Positions 7,408 to 16,952 of a DNA stretch of 44,024 nt are shown piece after piece (within the stretch, counting starts at the first letter, position 1; each line of letters opens with the position of its first letter). Origin of the DNA: a virus (taxonomy: Duplodnaviria; Caudoviricetes); IMG/VR virus record IMGVR_UViG_3300037308_000576, positions 1-44,024 of that record; one strand, 5' to 3'. The notes under the pieces were generated by a model. That model was given only the letters and a program-made list of their open reading frames with translations, had not been told where the DNA came from and searched no databases. A program made the translations under genes and the position numbers.

Positions 7408-7894
7408 ATGTTACGGTCAGGCGCGGATGTTGTGGGAGCGCATGGAGGCGGAGCGCCTGCTGCGCTGGTTCTGCAGGACCGGACCGCCTAAGCTGGATAA
7501 GTGGATCAAGAAGATGTCTAATGGAACGCGCGTGTTCTATTTACAGCGTGATTGCGCACCATTGATAGTGGTGCAATTGGAGTCGATCCGTCCGCGCCGC
7601 GCTGAGATCCATTTCGTCACTTTCCGGGCGAAGGACTTGGATAAGCCCCGTGCCGGTAGGATGATGCTATTGTATCTGATGAATAAGTTGAACATTGAAG
7701 TGTTGTACGGTTTCATTCCATCTTCAAATTTTAAAGCGATGCAGTATGGCAAGGAAGTTGGATTTAAAGTGACCGGTTATCTTCCGCAGGGGTCCTTTTC
7801 CCACGCGGACGGTCAAAGTGAATGTTCAGTTTTTGTAAATCTTTTAAGGAGTGACGCGCATGAACGGCAGATGCAAGTTGATTCAAAAAGATGA
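7352..7894 (+). CDS. GNAT-fold acetyltransferase-like protein (start uncertain)
   Basis: AEIHF...LYGFIPSSNFKAMQYGKEVGFKVTG fits the GNAT C-terminal motif; such genes are common in podovirus head regions. Confidence 0.6.
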   Translation: MRLMMETGHRSNISVEEVECYGQARMLWERMEAERLLRWFCRTGPPKLDKWIKKMSNGTRVFYLQRDCAPLIVVQLESIRPRRAEIHFVTFRAKDLDKPRAGRMMLLYLMNKLNIEVLYGFIPSSNFKAMQYGKEVGFKVTGYLPQGSFSHADGQSECSVFVNLLRSDAHERQMQVDSKR

Positions 7895-8753
7895 TTATAG
7901 GTTTGATGGTGGGGGCGACGGGGGCGACGGGGGCGACGGGGGCGACGGCGACGGAGACGGCAGCGGCCTGGGAGGCGAGGCAGGCCTGGGTGACCCTGGC
8001 GGCGGCGAGGGTGACCCTGACGGCGGCGAGGGTGACCCTGGAAATTCCGACGCCGGGGCCGAATCCGGTGGGGGTTCCCCCTTAGGGGGCAGTGAGGGGG
8101 ATGCCGGTGCTCCAGGTATGGGAGATGAAGGTTCCAGCGACGTCAGCGGTGACGTTTCCGGTGATCCGGAATCCGGGGATGATCCGGCTTTAAGCTCCCC
8201 TGAAAACAGTATCACTGCTGATGACGATGCCGTCGCTGAAGCTGAACAGGGCATCGCCAATCAGAATTCATTGAGCGCTCAAATAAATTCGATGTCCCAA
8301 GAGGTCACGTCGATCAGCGTGAATTCGGCGTTGAGCATAGCCCAGGCGGCATTGGCGCTCGCGACCGGCAACATCCCCGGTGCCATCGGTGCGATAGGGA
8401 ACGCGTTCGGCATAAACACTTCCCAAGCCGATCCGTCGGAATCGGATGCCCTTGACGCACTCGGTCTTGGGCAGTCGTCTGGCGCGGCCACGACGAGCGA
8501 CCCGCAAGGGGGGCCTGGTGATTCGACCGCCGCCGCCGGTCAGCCGCAGCCGATACAGGAGCCGATGGCCCCTCCGCCAGCCGTGACCGATGAGATCGAT
8601 GAAGTCATTAATAATGAAACTTTGTCCCCTGACGAGAAACAGGACCTGATTGAAGCCATTTTAAGGCGCGGGCGGTGGTCGACCATCCTGACTTCAGAAA
8701 GAGGACTCAGGTCCAAGGCCCCAACCAATGTCATCTCAATATTGGGATTTTAA
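7860..8753 (+). CDS. Gly/Asp/Glu-rich putative virion or ejection protein preceding the portal
   Basis: ATG 7860 with SD AAGGAG; GGD repeats; C-terminal RRGRWSTILTSERG, typical of the small pre-portal protein of BPP-1-like podoviruses. Confidence 0.7.
   Translation: MNGRCKLIQKDDYRFDGGGDGGDGGDGGDGDGDGSGLGGEAGLGDPGGGEGDPDGGEGDPGNSDAGAESGGGSPLGGSEGDAGAPGMGDEGSSDVSGDVSGDPESGDDPALSSPENSITADDDAVAEAEQGIANQNSLSAQINSMSQEVTSISVNSALSIAQAALALATGNIPGAIGAIGNAFGINTSQADPSESDALDALGLGQSSGAATTSDPQGGPGDSTAAAGQPQPIQEPMAPPPAVTDEIDEVINNETLSPDEKQDLIEAILRRGRWSTILTSERGLRSKAPTNVISILGF
7912..8041 (+). repeat. Coding tandem repeats (9-bp GGGGCGACG; 21-bp GGTGACCCTGRCGGCGGCGAG)
   Basis: Read directly; encode (GGD)n and (GDPxGGE)n. 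Confidence 0.8.
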
Positions 8754-8756
8754 GCC

Positions 8757-10436
8757 ATGGCAGACGAAAAGATCGATGAAATCAATCGTAGGTACCAGAA
8801 GATGGCCGATGATATGGTTGAAGTGATTGCTCAGTTTGTCGATCTGAGCAATTACGTCAATCCGGCTAGAGGAATGTTCACGACTCTCGGTGACCGCCCC
8901 AATGAAGTTGAGGGCAGGTGGGACCACATCATTGACGGCACGCCGATCAGGGCGGGCCGCGTCCTCGCGGCTGGAATGCAGGCCGGCATCACTTCCCCTG
9001 CCCGTCCATGGTTTCGGGCCACCCTTCCAGATCCTGGCATGATGAAGTTCAATTCGATAAAATTATGGCTTTCCCAGGTTGAAAACGTGATGCGCACCGT
9101 CTTAGCCACGTCCAATTTCTATTCGTCCATCCATCAGGTGTATGATGAGGAAGGTACGTTTGGGACCGGTGTGGTCGTGGCGGAGGAGCACCCTCAGTAC
9201 GTGGTGTGGTTCAGGGTGATGACGGCGGGTGAGTACATGCTGTCGGCTGACCGTTTTGGTCGCGTGGACACGATGTACCGGCTGTTTTACATGACCCCAC
9301 GCCAGGCAAAACAGTCACTTGAAAGCCGCAGGAAGTCGGTGCCGGAAGAGATCAATAAGATGTACAAGGATGATCCGGACAAGTGGTATCCGGTCCTCCA
9401 TGCCGTGGAGCCGAATAACGATCATGACCCAGAAAAGATTACGTCAAAAGCTTTTTCTTCCAATTATGTCATAGGCGGCGTTGGCGGGTCTTTTTCCGGG
9501 TTTGACACCATCGTATCGGCTTCCGGGTTCAATGAACAGCCCATGGCCTGCCCCCGGTGGAGCGTCGTCGGGTCTTCGGTGTACGGCATCGGCCCCGGTC
9601 ATGGAATCCTTGGGGATTCCAAGATGCTGCAGGAGATGCAGCGGTCGAAGCTGAAGGCGCTCGCTAAGATGGTCGACCCCCCGCTTAAGTCGCCGTCGGG
9701 GATGAAAAACAGGATCAAGCAGAACCCAGGCGGCGTGACGATAGTGTCGGACACGCAGATCGACAAGTTGAACGCGCTGTACCAGGTGGTGCCTGACATT
9801 CGCGGGATTCGTGAAGAGATCGCGGAGGTGCGGGAGCAGATCAAAGCTGGCATGTTCAATGATCTTTTCCTTTTCATTCAGAATAATCCTTATGCCACCG
9901 CAACCGAAATAATTGAACGGCATGAGGAGAAGTTGATTATGTTGGGTCCCGTCACCGACGCCCAGGAGCATGATCTGCTTGACGTCAGCCTTGATCGCGT
10001 GTTCGGCATCTGCGCCCGCCTTAATTTGATCCCGCCCATGCCGAAAGAATTGGTGGAGGAGATAAAGAGGAGTAATATAAAGCGCATCAACATAGACTAT
10101 ATGTCGATTTTGTCTCAAGCGCAGAAGCAGCTTGGTCATAAGCCGATCGATCAGACCTTGACGTTTGTTGAACGGTGTGCTAAAATAAAACCAGATGTCA
10201 CAGACGTGTTTAACTTTGACGAAGCTGTGAGGACATATGCAGACCAATCCGGCGCTGAACCGAAATTGATTGTAGCCCAGGACATTGTGACGGCACAGCG
10301 CGCTGAACGCATCAAGCAGGCTGCCATGATGAAAGCGGCTGAAATGAAGGCCCAACAGATCGAATCCGCGAACACTTTGTCGAGGACTGAAGTGGGCGCG
10401 GATTCAGCCTTGGATAGGGTGGCCGGAAATGCCTAA
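8757..10436 (+). CDS. Portal (head-to-tail connector)
   Basis: LAAGMQAGITSPARPWF, SNFY, YGIGPG, ATEIIERHEEKLIMLGPV: T7/BPP-1-type connector motifs. Confidence 0.95.
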   Translation: MADEKIDEINRRYQKMADDMVEVIAQFVDLSNYVNPARGMFTTLGDRPNEVEGRWDHIIDGTPIRAGRVLAAGMQAGITSPARPWFRATLPDPGMMKFNSIKLWLSQVENVMRTVLATSNFYSSIHQVYDEEGTFGTGVVVAEEHPQYVVWFRVMTAGEYMLSADRFGRVDTMYRLFYMTPRQAKQSLESRRKSVPEEINKMYKDDPDKWYPVLHAVEPNNDHDPEKITSKAFSSNYVIGGVGGSFSGFDTIVSASGFNEQPMACPRWSVVGSSVYGIGPGHGILGDSKMLQEMQRSKLKALAKMVDPPLKSPSGMKNRIKQNPGGVTIVSDTQIDKLNALYQVVPDIRGIREEIAEVREQIKAGMFNDLFLFIQNNPYATATEIIERHEEKLIMLGPVTDAQEHDLLDVSLDRVFGICARLNLIPPMPKELVEEIKRSNIKRINIDYMSILSQAQKQLGHKPIDQTLTFVERCAKIKPDVTDVFNFDEAVRTYADQSGAEPKLIVAQDIVTAQRAERIKQAAMMKAAEMKAQQIESANTLSRTEVGADSALDRVAGNA

Positions 10437-10716
10437 TATTGAACTTTACCCTGGTGAGACTAAGAGGGACCGTGAGGAACAGATAAAATACGATCTGTTC
10501 CTTGAACGTTTTAGAAAAGTCTTCAGTTCACCGGATGGTAAAGTTATTTTCAGCGACCTCATGGAACAGACGATGGTGTTCCAAACCACTTTCACCGGAA
10601 ATTCCAATACCTATTTTAATGAGGGTAAAAGGGCTATAGGCTTATACTTGCTCAAGTTGAAGAGGGAATCGTTCCAAAAACCTATAGAATCCATCACAGA
10701 AGAGGAGATTTTATGA
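10429..10716 (+). CDS. Bbp19-like protein
   Basis: VFSSPDGK...FNEGKRAIGL; located between portal and scaffold. Confidence 0.75.
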   Translation: MPNIELYPGETKRDREEQIKYDLFLERFRKVFSSPDGKVIFSDLMEQTMVFQTTFTGNSNTYFNEGKRAIGLYLLKLKRESFQKPIESITEEEIL

Positions 10717-11414
10717 GATACAGAGCGATTAGCCTGACATTCGCGGATCGCACCGCTCGAATGGGAGGCGATTCAGGGACCCCGCCCGCTGGTGGAGCCG
10801 CTCCGGCGTGGCACGTTTCGCTGCCCGATGATCTTAAGAGCAATCAGGCAGTAACCCGTCATGCATCGACGACAGACCTGATTAAAGATTATGTCAATCT
10901 TCAGGGTAAGGTTGTGAAGGTTCCGGAAAAGCCGGATCAGTACACTTTCACTCCTCCTGGCGATCTGACCGACGGAACTGTGGTGCCGGAAAATATCGTT
11001 ACCGGTTTCCGTGAGGCCGCGCACAAAGCTGGGATGTCGAACGAGCAGTATCAAGCGGCGTTGGCGTACTATGCCAACTCGCAGGATCGCGCACGTAAGG
11101 AGGCGGTCAAAGCCGAAGCCGCCGCGATCACTGAAACCACAAAAGCTCTGAAGAGCGAATTTAAGGATTTCGATTCCAAGATCGTGAAGGCGAGGCAGTT
11201 GGCCACCAAGGTAGGTGGGGAGCCGTTCATCGGTTTCCTTAAGAAGACGAAATTGGGATCCCATCCGGACATGATCCGTTTCCTGTTTTCCGTAGTGGAC
11301 CAGGTTTCCGAAGACGTGTTTATAACGTCAAAGGGAAAGGGGTCGGGAGGGGAGATGGAACGCACCCCCGGTGGGACGCCGCTTTTAAACTTCCCATCTT
11401 TGAAAAAGAAATAG
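10713..11414 (+). CDS. Capsid assembly scaffolding protein
   Basis: W..SLPDDLK...VPEKPDQY...LGSHPDMIRF; located before the major capsid gene. Confidence 0.85.
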   Translation: MRYRAISLTFADRTARMGGDSGTPPAGGAAPAWHVSLPDDLKSNQAVTRHASTTDLIKDYVNLQGKVVKVPEKPDQYTFTPPGDLTDGTVVPENIVTGFREAAHKAGMSNEQYQAALAYYANSQDRARKEAVKAEAAAITETTKALKSEFKDFDSKIVKARQLATKVGGEPFIGFLKKTKLGSHPDMIRFLFSVVDQVSEDVFITSKGKGSGGEMERTPGGTPLLNFPSLKKK

Positions 11415-11427
11415 GAGAATATAAACT

Positions 11428-12444
11428 ATGTCCAAGATTCTGTTCGTAACTTTCGCTGGCCCTCAACAGCGTCTCGCCGTCACTACCCTCGGTGCCTTGA
11501 CGCTTCTCGAACTTGCAAACCGCATGGACCCCAAGGGTGACACGGCCAAAATTGCCGAGATCCTTTCCAGGGACAATGAAATGTGGATTGATGCCGTCAT
11601 CCAGGAAGCCAATGCGGTTACACACCACCAGGTCACTCGTCGGTTCAGTCTTCCTCTCGGTACCTGGCGGCAGATCAATCAGGGCGTTCAGCCTGAAGCT
11701 TCCCGTACTGGGACGATCAATGAAAATATCGGTATGCTGGAGTCTTATAGCCAGCCCGATAAGGCGCTGGTTGACATGGCCCCTGATCCCGCAGTGTTTC
11801 GCATGCAGGAGGCCGCAGCCTTCATCGAGGGCATGAGCCAAAACATCGCCACGCAGTTCATTTACGGCAACTCCAACGTTGACGTGGAGAAGGTGACCGG
11901 ATTGGCCCCCCGCATGGCCTCACTCGCCACAACCGCCAATGTCATTGGCTGCAGCGGCACCGGCAGCGATCTCACCTCAGTGTATTTCGTCCAATGGGGC
12001 GAAGACCGTGTCTTCATGGTCTATCCCAAAGGCAACAAGACTCTTGGGATCGAGCATCGGGATCTTGGAGAGGTCACCGTTACCAATTCCGACGGTTCCA
12101 TGTTCCAGGCGTATCGGGACCATTTCAAGGTCACGATGGGTCTGGTCGTTAAGGACCCCCGGTCGATTGCCCGCCTGTGCAACATCGAGTCGGTTGGAAC
12201 ATCCAACATTTTCAACGAAGACGAGGCCATTCGTCTGATGAACCGGATGCCGATGCGTGGAAAGGGCAGCGTCCTTTACATGAATGAGACGGTCTTGACC
12301 CAGGCTGAAATCAAGCTGAAAGACAAGACCAATGTCAATTTCACCAAGGACGAGGGCATGGGCGGCGTGGAAATCATGAAGTTCCGTGGCAAGCCCATTC
12401 GGAAAATGGACGCCATCCTCAACACCGAAAGTGCTTTGACCTAA
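11428..12444 (+). CDS. Major capsid protein (BPP-1 Bbp17-like)
   Basis: LTLLELANR, WRQINQGVQP, TSVYFVQWG, GLVVKDPRSIARLCNI, FRGKPIRKMDAILNTE. Confidence 0.93.
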   Translation: MSKILFVTFAGPQQRLAVTTLGALTLLELANRMDPKGDTAKIAEILSRDNEMWIDAVIQEANAVTHHQVTRRFSLPLGTWRQINQGVQPEASRTGTINENIGMLESYSQPDKALVDMAPDPAVFRMQEAAAFIEGMSQNIATQFIYGNSNVDVEKVTGLAPRMASLATTANVIGCSGTGSDLTSVYFVQWGEDRVFMVYPKGNKTLGIEHRDLGEVTVTNSDGSMFQAYRDHFKVTMGLVVKDPRSIARLCNIESVGTSNIFNEDEAIRLMNRMPMRGKGSVLYMNETVLTQAEIKLKDKTNVNFTKDEGMGGVEIMKFRGKPIRKMDAILNTESALT

Positions 12445-12487
12445 CTTTTGAACGCCTTGATCTGATCGAAGGCAGGAGGGTAATACC

Positions 12488-12937
12488 ATGATTCTTGATG
12501 CCAAATTGATTTTTGCACAGGATTTTGATCTCACCACCATCACGGTGGGCACCAATGCCAATCTGACCAACATCATTGATCTCGGTGTCGGTAAGACGGC
12601 ATTCGATGCCGCGTTGGCCACCCACGTCATGCCCAATGCGTGGCGACCCGTGGTTCAGATGGTTTGCTCCACCAGTTGCGGATCTGCTGGCACCCCGGCA
12701 GTTACCGTTGAAGTGCGCACTTCCGCCTCTTCGGACCTGTCCACTCCAACGGTACTTTTTACCAGCACCACCGCTTTGGTGAAAACCAAAGTGGCCGGTG
12801 ATGTCATTTTCCGGTTCCCGATCCCGATGGGTGATCTTCTTCGTTATATCGGGGTCAATATCGCCGTCGCCACCGCCGCTTTCAGTTCCGGTAAGGTGGA
12901 TGCTTTTATTTCTCTTGATTCTGTAGACGGCAAGTAA
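12488..12937 (+). CDS. Capsid cement/decoration protein (Bbp16-like)
   Basis: MILDAKLIFA...NIIDLG...LRYI...GKVDAFI; immediately after the major capsid gene. Confidence 0.8.
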   Translation: MILDAKLIFAQDFDLTTITVGTNANLTNIIDLGVGKTAFDAALATHVMPNAWRPVVQMVCSTSCGSAGTPAVTVEVRTSASSDLSTPTVLFTSTTALVKTKVAGDVIFRFPIPMGDLLRYIGVNIAVATAAFSSGKVDAFISLDSVDGK

Positions 12938-12960
12938 TTAGGACACCGTCAATGTTGATG

Positions 12961-12998
12961 ACAGAGGCCCCCTATATTCGGGGGCCTCTGTTGTTTTT
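12961..12998 (+). terminator. Intrinsic terminator after the capsid genes
   Basis: ACAGAGGCCCC-loop-GGGGCCTCTGT followed by TGTTTTT. Confidence 0.85.
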
Positions 12999-13010
12999 GG
13001 GGGGCGTAAA

Positions 13011-13124
13011 GTGCCATTCAGATCGATCAAACAACGTAATTTTTTAAAGTGGAAAAAGCCTTCGGTATATAAAAAATTCGTAAAACATTCTGGCACTAAA
13101 ATACGGAAAGGGAGGAAAAAATGA
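13011..13124 (+). CDS. Small basic protein (37 aa, MPFRSIKQRNFLKWKKP...)
   Basis: Manual translation from GTG; stop overlaps the next ATG (ATGA); resembles MPFKSxKQR-type small phage proteins; below the ORF-track cutoff. Confidence 0.65.
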   Translation: MPFRSIKQRNFLKWKKPSVYKKFVKHSGTKIRKGRKK

Positions 13125-13444
13125 CCACGAAAGTGTATAAAATGACGAAATGGCAATGCGTGACCCCATGCTATTGGGAAAATTATTATTGGAACATCAA
13201 CGACACGGTGATGGGGAAAAGACGACCCAATAGACATTTTGTTGAGATTCCGATCAATTCCGGTAAAAAGGCCACTCCGGTTAAACCTGGGGCCAAGATC
13301 CATTCCACCAATCCGAATATCGATGCCGCCAATCCCGGGTCGGTGACGCCTCCTGATTTTGATGAAGACGGAGAGATGGTGGTGCCGGAACCGGCTATAG
13401 ATGAGATCGATATGTCTGAAGAGGATTTTATTGAAGGGAAATAA
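13121..13444 (+). CDS. Hypothetical protein with acidic C-terminus
   Basis: ATG with SD GGAGG; lies within the operon. Confidence 0.7.
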   Translation: MTTKVYKMTKWQCVTPCYWENYYWNINDTVMGKRRPNRHFVEIPINSGKKATPVKPGAKIHSTNPNIDAANPGSVTPPDFDEDGEMVVPEPAIDEIDMSEEDFIEGK

Positions 13445-13447
13445 GCT

Positions 13448-14011
13448 ATGGGCACGTCAACTGTCGGTATATGCAACTTAGCTTTGTCCAGGATCGGGGT
13501 GCCGCCCATTGGGGCGATAACTGAAAATTCCGTGGCTGCAAGGTTATGTAATCGATTTTACGAGTACACCAGGGATGCCACGTTGGTTGCGGCTAATTGG
13601 AATTTTGCTTCAGATTTCATTGAACTTGCTGAAGTCACTTCCAGCGTCAATTTGCCGGATAAATGGCAATATGCGTTTCAAAAGCCGGTGGGGTGCCTTA
13701 AATTGCAGAGTCTTCAGGACCCTGAATCGGAATTTCGTGTTGTCGGTGACAAGGTGTTTACCAACGTGAACCCGTGTTTGGCCTATGTGACCAATTTGAT
13801 TGAAGATCCGGCCAAATTTGCTCCGATGTTCGTTCAGGCCATGTCCTGTTTGCTTGCCGCCGAAATTTCACAGCCGGTTACGGGGAAGACTGAATACAGA
13901 TCGGCTATGGAAAGGCTATTTAAATATTTCCTTGATATGGCGATGTTCGTTGACGCGACCGAATGGAACGAGTCGATTGGGGACTCTAATCCTTATGTTG
14001 AGGCCCGGTAA
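13448..14011 (+). CDS. Tail tubular protein A / adaptor (T7 gp11-like)
   Basis: ICNLALSRIG...WNFA...WQYAFQKP...F..AMS..LAAEI. Confidence 0.9.
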   Translation: MGTSTVGICNLALSRIGVPPIGAITENSVAARLCNRFYEYTRDATLVAANWNFASDFIELAEVTSSVNLPDKWQYAFQKPVGCLKLQSLQDPESEFRVVGDKVFTNVNPCLAYVTNLIEDPAKFAPMFVQAMSCLLAAEISQPVTGKTEYRSAMERLFKYFLDMAMFVDATEWNESIGDSNPYVEAR

Positions 14012-16392
14012 TGGCTAAGCGTGAAAACAGAAATGTGTCAATTCAAAAGCATGCCATGAATGCCGGGGAGATTTCTCCCCGGCTGTTCGGTAGGATGGAT
14101 CTGGCCAAATATAAAAATGGGCTTAAAACGTGCCTCAATGCGATCCCGTTGCCGCACGGTGGCGTCACTAACCGTCCAGGTTTCAGATTTATCAATTATA
14201 CAAAATTTGCTAACCTAAAATCCAGATTAATTGATTTTGAATTTTCGGAAAGCGAATCGTATGTTTTGGAATTTGGCGATTATTACATGCGGGTGTTTGT
14301 CGATGGGGGTATCGTAGTCCACACTACCTCTTCAGTGTCCTCATGGGTAACGGCCACTTCTTATTCTACCACGAAACCGGATTTCGTTAAGAGCGGTGGG
14401 ATAATTTATAAGTGCATTATCACTCACACTTCAGGCACGTTTGCGACTGATCTTGCACAGGGGAAATGGCTGGAAACTAACGTCTATGAAATTTCTACTC
14501 CGTATTCTGCTGCCGAGGTATTTCAGCTTGATTGGACTCAATCCGCTGATACTCTTATTGTTGTACATCCTTCTTATCGTCCTCGCGCGTTTGTTAGGAC
14601 TGCTCATAACAACTGGACGGATACCGGTATAACTTTCGCTTGGCCGTGTACTCTTAAAACGGATTATACTGGCATCACTTTAACGCCGTCAGGGACCACC
14701 GGATCAATTACTTTAACCGCTTCATCGGCGTTTTTTGATTCGTCGCATTTGTCTTCACAATTCCTCCTGCACGGCGGATATGTTAAAGTTACCAGTTATA
14801 CGAGTTCAACGGTGGTGGTGGCTTTGGTCATAGAGACGTTGAGTGCGACCACGGCGACGACGTCATGGTCAGAAGAAATTTTTAGCACTTATCGCGGATG
14901 GCCATCTAAAGTCACTTTTTTCGAAGACCGATTGGTGTTTTCCAGTACCCCGTATAAGCCCCTTGGGGTGTACGCTTCACAAACTGGTGACTATTATAAT
15001 TTTAAAATTGACAGCCCCGTGGTGGCATCAAGTGCGGTCAAGTTTAATCTGCAGACTTCCGGTAAACAAAATGCCATTAGATGGATCGTACCGGGCAAAA
15101 AACTTTTTATTGGTACCACCGGGTCTGAAGGCCATATGGATGGGTATGGGGATGAGCCGATAGCGCACAATTCGATCATTGCCAGAGAGGAAACGCCATA
15201 CGGTTCAAAGAACATTCGTCCGGTGAAGATTGGTGATACCATCATGTTCGTGCAGAGGCACGGGAAGGTCCTAAGGGAATGGAGATTTTTCCTTGAATTG
15301 AATTCTTACCTTGGCAAGAACGCTTCTTTATTGGGGGAGCATTTGACGTTTGATTACACGTTGACGGATCTCGCTTATCAAAAATCATCTTCTGTGTTGT
15401 GGGCGGTCCGATCGGATGGGGCGTTGCTTGGGTTGACGATGATGCCGGAACATGATGTCTATGGGTGGCATCGGCATTTAACCGATGGGGTCTTTGAATC
15501 CATCACCGTAATACCGGGACAGGTGGAGGACGAATTGTGGGCTTCAGTGGCCAGAAAGATAAATGGTTCATGGATAAGGTTCATAGAGAGACTTGATCCA
15601 ATGTTCCTGTCCGATGATCCTAGTGACGCCTTCTTTGTCGATTCTGGGTTGACTTATGAGAATTCATTTGTGATAGAATCGATTTCAAAAGCTTCTACCG
15701 GCGTACTCACTACGGTTGTGAATCATGATTTTTCCGACGGGGATGAAATATACATAAACGGCATAATTCATGGGATGACCGAATTGAATGGTGTGGTGCT
15801 CAAGATCGATAACGTCAGTGCCGATACCATGGAACTGTATCATGTAGATGGCGTCACTCCATTCAGTACTTCCGGGTTCACCTCCTGGAGCACTGACGAT
15901 GTCGCCGCAATGGTGTATAGAAGAGCCGATGTCATGACCAATTTAGATCATCTTGAGGGGGAAGAGGTAGCTATCCTTGCCGATGGCGCTGCCCATCCAA
16001 ATAAGGTGGTGACCAGCGGACAATTGACGTTGAACAACAATGCCAGTAAAGTGCACATTGGATTGCCGATAGTTTCCGATATTGAAATGTTGAACCTTGA
16101 AAGTACGGCTTCTGGCGAAACCATTCAGGGCAGAAAAAAGCATGTAAACGCACTAATACTGAAACTATTCAATACATTGGGTATGAAAGTTGGCAGGGAC
16201 GTCGATCATTTGGATGTGGTGCCATTTAGGGATTCTTCCATCCCATTGGGTAGTGTAAAAATGTTTACCGGGGACGTGTTAATTCCGTTTGAAGGCGATT
16301 GGTCTTATTTGACTTCTATCCTTGTGAGGCAGGACCAGCCTTTGCCGATTACGGTGTTATCGATTTCGGCTAGTACCGAATTGGGAGGCTAG
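14011..16392 (+). CDS. Tail tubular protein B / nozzle (T7 gp12-like)
   Basis: AGEISPRLFGRMD...GGVTNRPG, QSADTL, GWPSKVTFFEDRL, GWHRH.TDG, HLEGEEVAILADG, QDQPLPITV. Confidence 0.93.
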   Translation: MAKRENRNVSIQKHAMNAGEISPRLFGRMDLAKYKNGLKTCLNAIPLPHGGVTNRPGFRFINYTKFANLKSRLIDFEFSESESYVLEFGDYYMRVFVDGGIVVHTTSSVSSWVTATSYSTTKPDFVKSGGIIYKCIITHTSGTFATDLAQGKWLETNVYEISTPYSAAEVFQLDWTQSADTLIVVHPSYRPRAFVRTAHNNWTDTGITFAWPCTLKTDYTGITLTPSGTTGSITLTASSAFFDSSHLSSQFLLHGGYVKVTSYTSSTVVVALVIETLSATTATTSWSEEIFSTYRGWPSKVTFFEDRLVFSSTPYKPLGVYASQTGDYYNFKIDSPVVASSAVKFNLQTSGKQNAIRWIVPGKKLFIGTTGSEGHMDGYGDEPIAHNSIIAREETPYGSKNIRPVKIGDTIMFVQRHGKVLREWRFFLELNSYLGKNASLLGEHLTFDYTLTDLAYQKSSSVLWAVRSDGALLGLTMMPEHDVYGWHRHLTDGVFESITVIPGQVEDELWASVARKINGSWIRFIERLDPMFLSDDPSDAFFVDSGLTYENSFVIESISKASTGVLTTVVNHDFSDGDEIYINGIIHGMTELNGVVLKIDNVSADTMELYHVDGVTPFSTSGFTSWSTDDVAAMVYRRADVMTNLDHLEGEEVAILADGAAHPNKVVTSGQLTLNNNASKVHIGLPIVSDIEMLNLESTASGETIQGRKKHVNALILKLFNTLGMKVGRDVDHLDVVPFRDSSIPLGSVKMFTGDVLIPFEGDWSYLTSILVRQDQPLPITVLSISASTELGG

Positions 16393-16393
16393 T

Positions 16394-16942
16394 ATGGGAA
16401 TCTTTGGGGACATCGGCGATGCCGTCAGTGATTTTGTGGGTGGGGCGGCGGATTGGTTTGGTGAGGCCACAAGCGGATTCGATTGGGGTGGTTTGTTGGA
16501 AACCGGTATGAGTGCCCTTGGGATGGGCGCTAAGATTTGGGGTGCGGATGAACAGCGGGACTATTCAGAAAAGATAGCGGAGATCAATAAAGAGATATAT
16601 GAAGAGGAAAGAAAATTGATCCATGAAAGTACTATGTTGGAGCTGCAGAAAAATAGAGACGATGTGCATAGGATCATAGGGAAACAGCGGGTTATGTACG
16701 GTGCCTCAGGGGTAGGGTTCGAAGGAACCCCGGCGGAAGTGATTGCGGAAACGTATGAAAATGGTTTGATTGATCAAGCTATCATAAAGAAAAAGGGAGA
16801 AGTGGCGGAGTTCAGAGCCAGGAAGGGGCTACGCATACAGGAAGAGAAGGAGGATCAAGCTGATGATTTATTCAACGTTCAAGTAGGCACTTCCATTATC
16901 GAGGCCGCTACAGAATGGGACTGGCTTAAAAAATTAATGTGA
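16394..16942 (+). CDS. Internal virion (ejection) protein, gp14-like
   Basis: Gly-rich amphipathic N-terminus; IGKQRVMYGASGV..GTP; synteny after the nozzle gene. Confidence 0.75.
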   Translation: MGIFGDIGDAVSDFVGGAADWFGEATSGFDWGGLLETGMSALGMGAKIWGADEQRDYSEKIAEINKEIYEEERKLIHESTMLELQKNRDDVHRIIGKQRVMYGASGVGFEGTPAEVIAETYENGLIDQAIIKKKGEVAEFRARKGLRIQEEKEDQADDLFNVQVGTSIIEAATEWDWLKKLM

Positions 16943-16952
16943 GACTTTTAAG

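Noticed and set aside
7900-8200. Collagen-like domain
   Set aside because: The Gly-X-Y register is short and broken, dominated by GGD; this is a low-complexity acidic region instead
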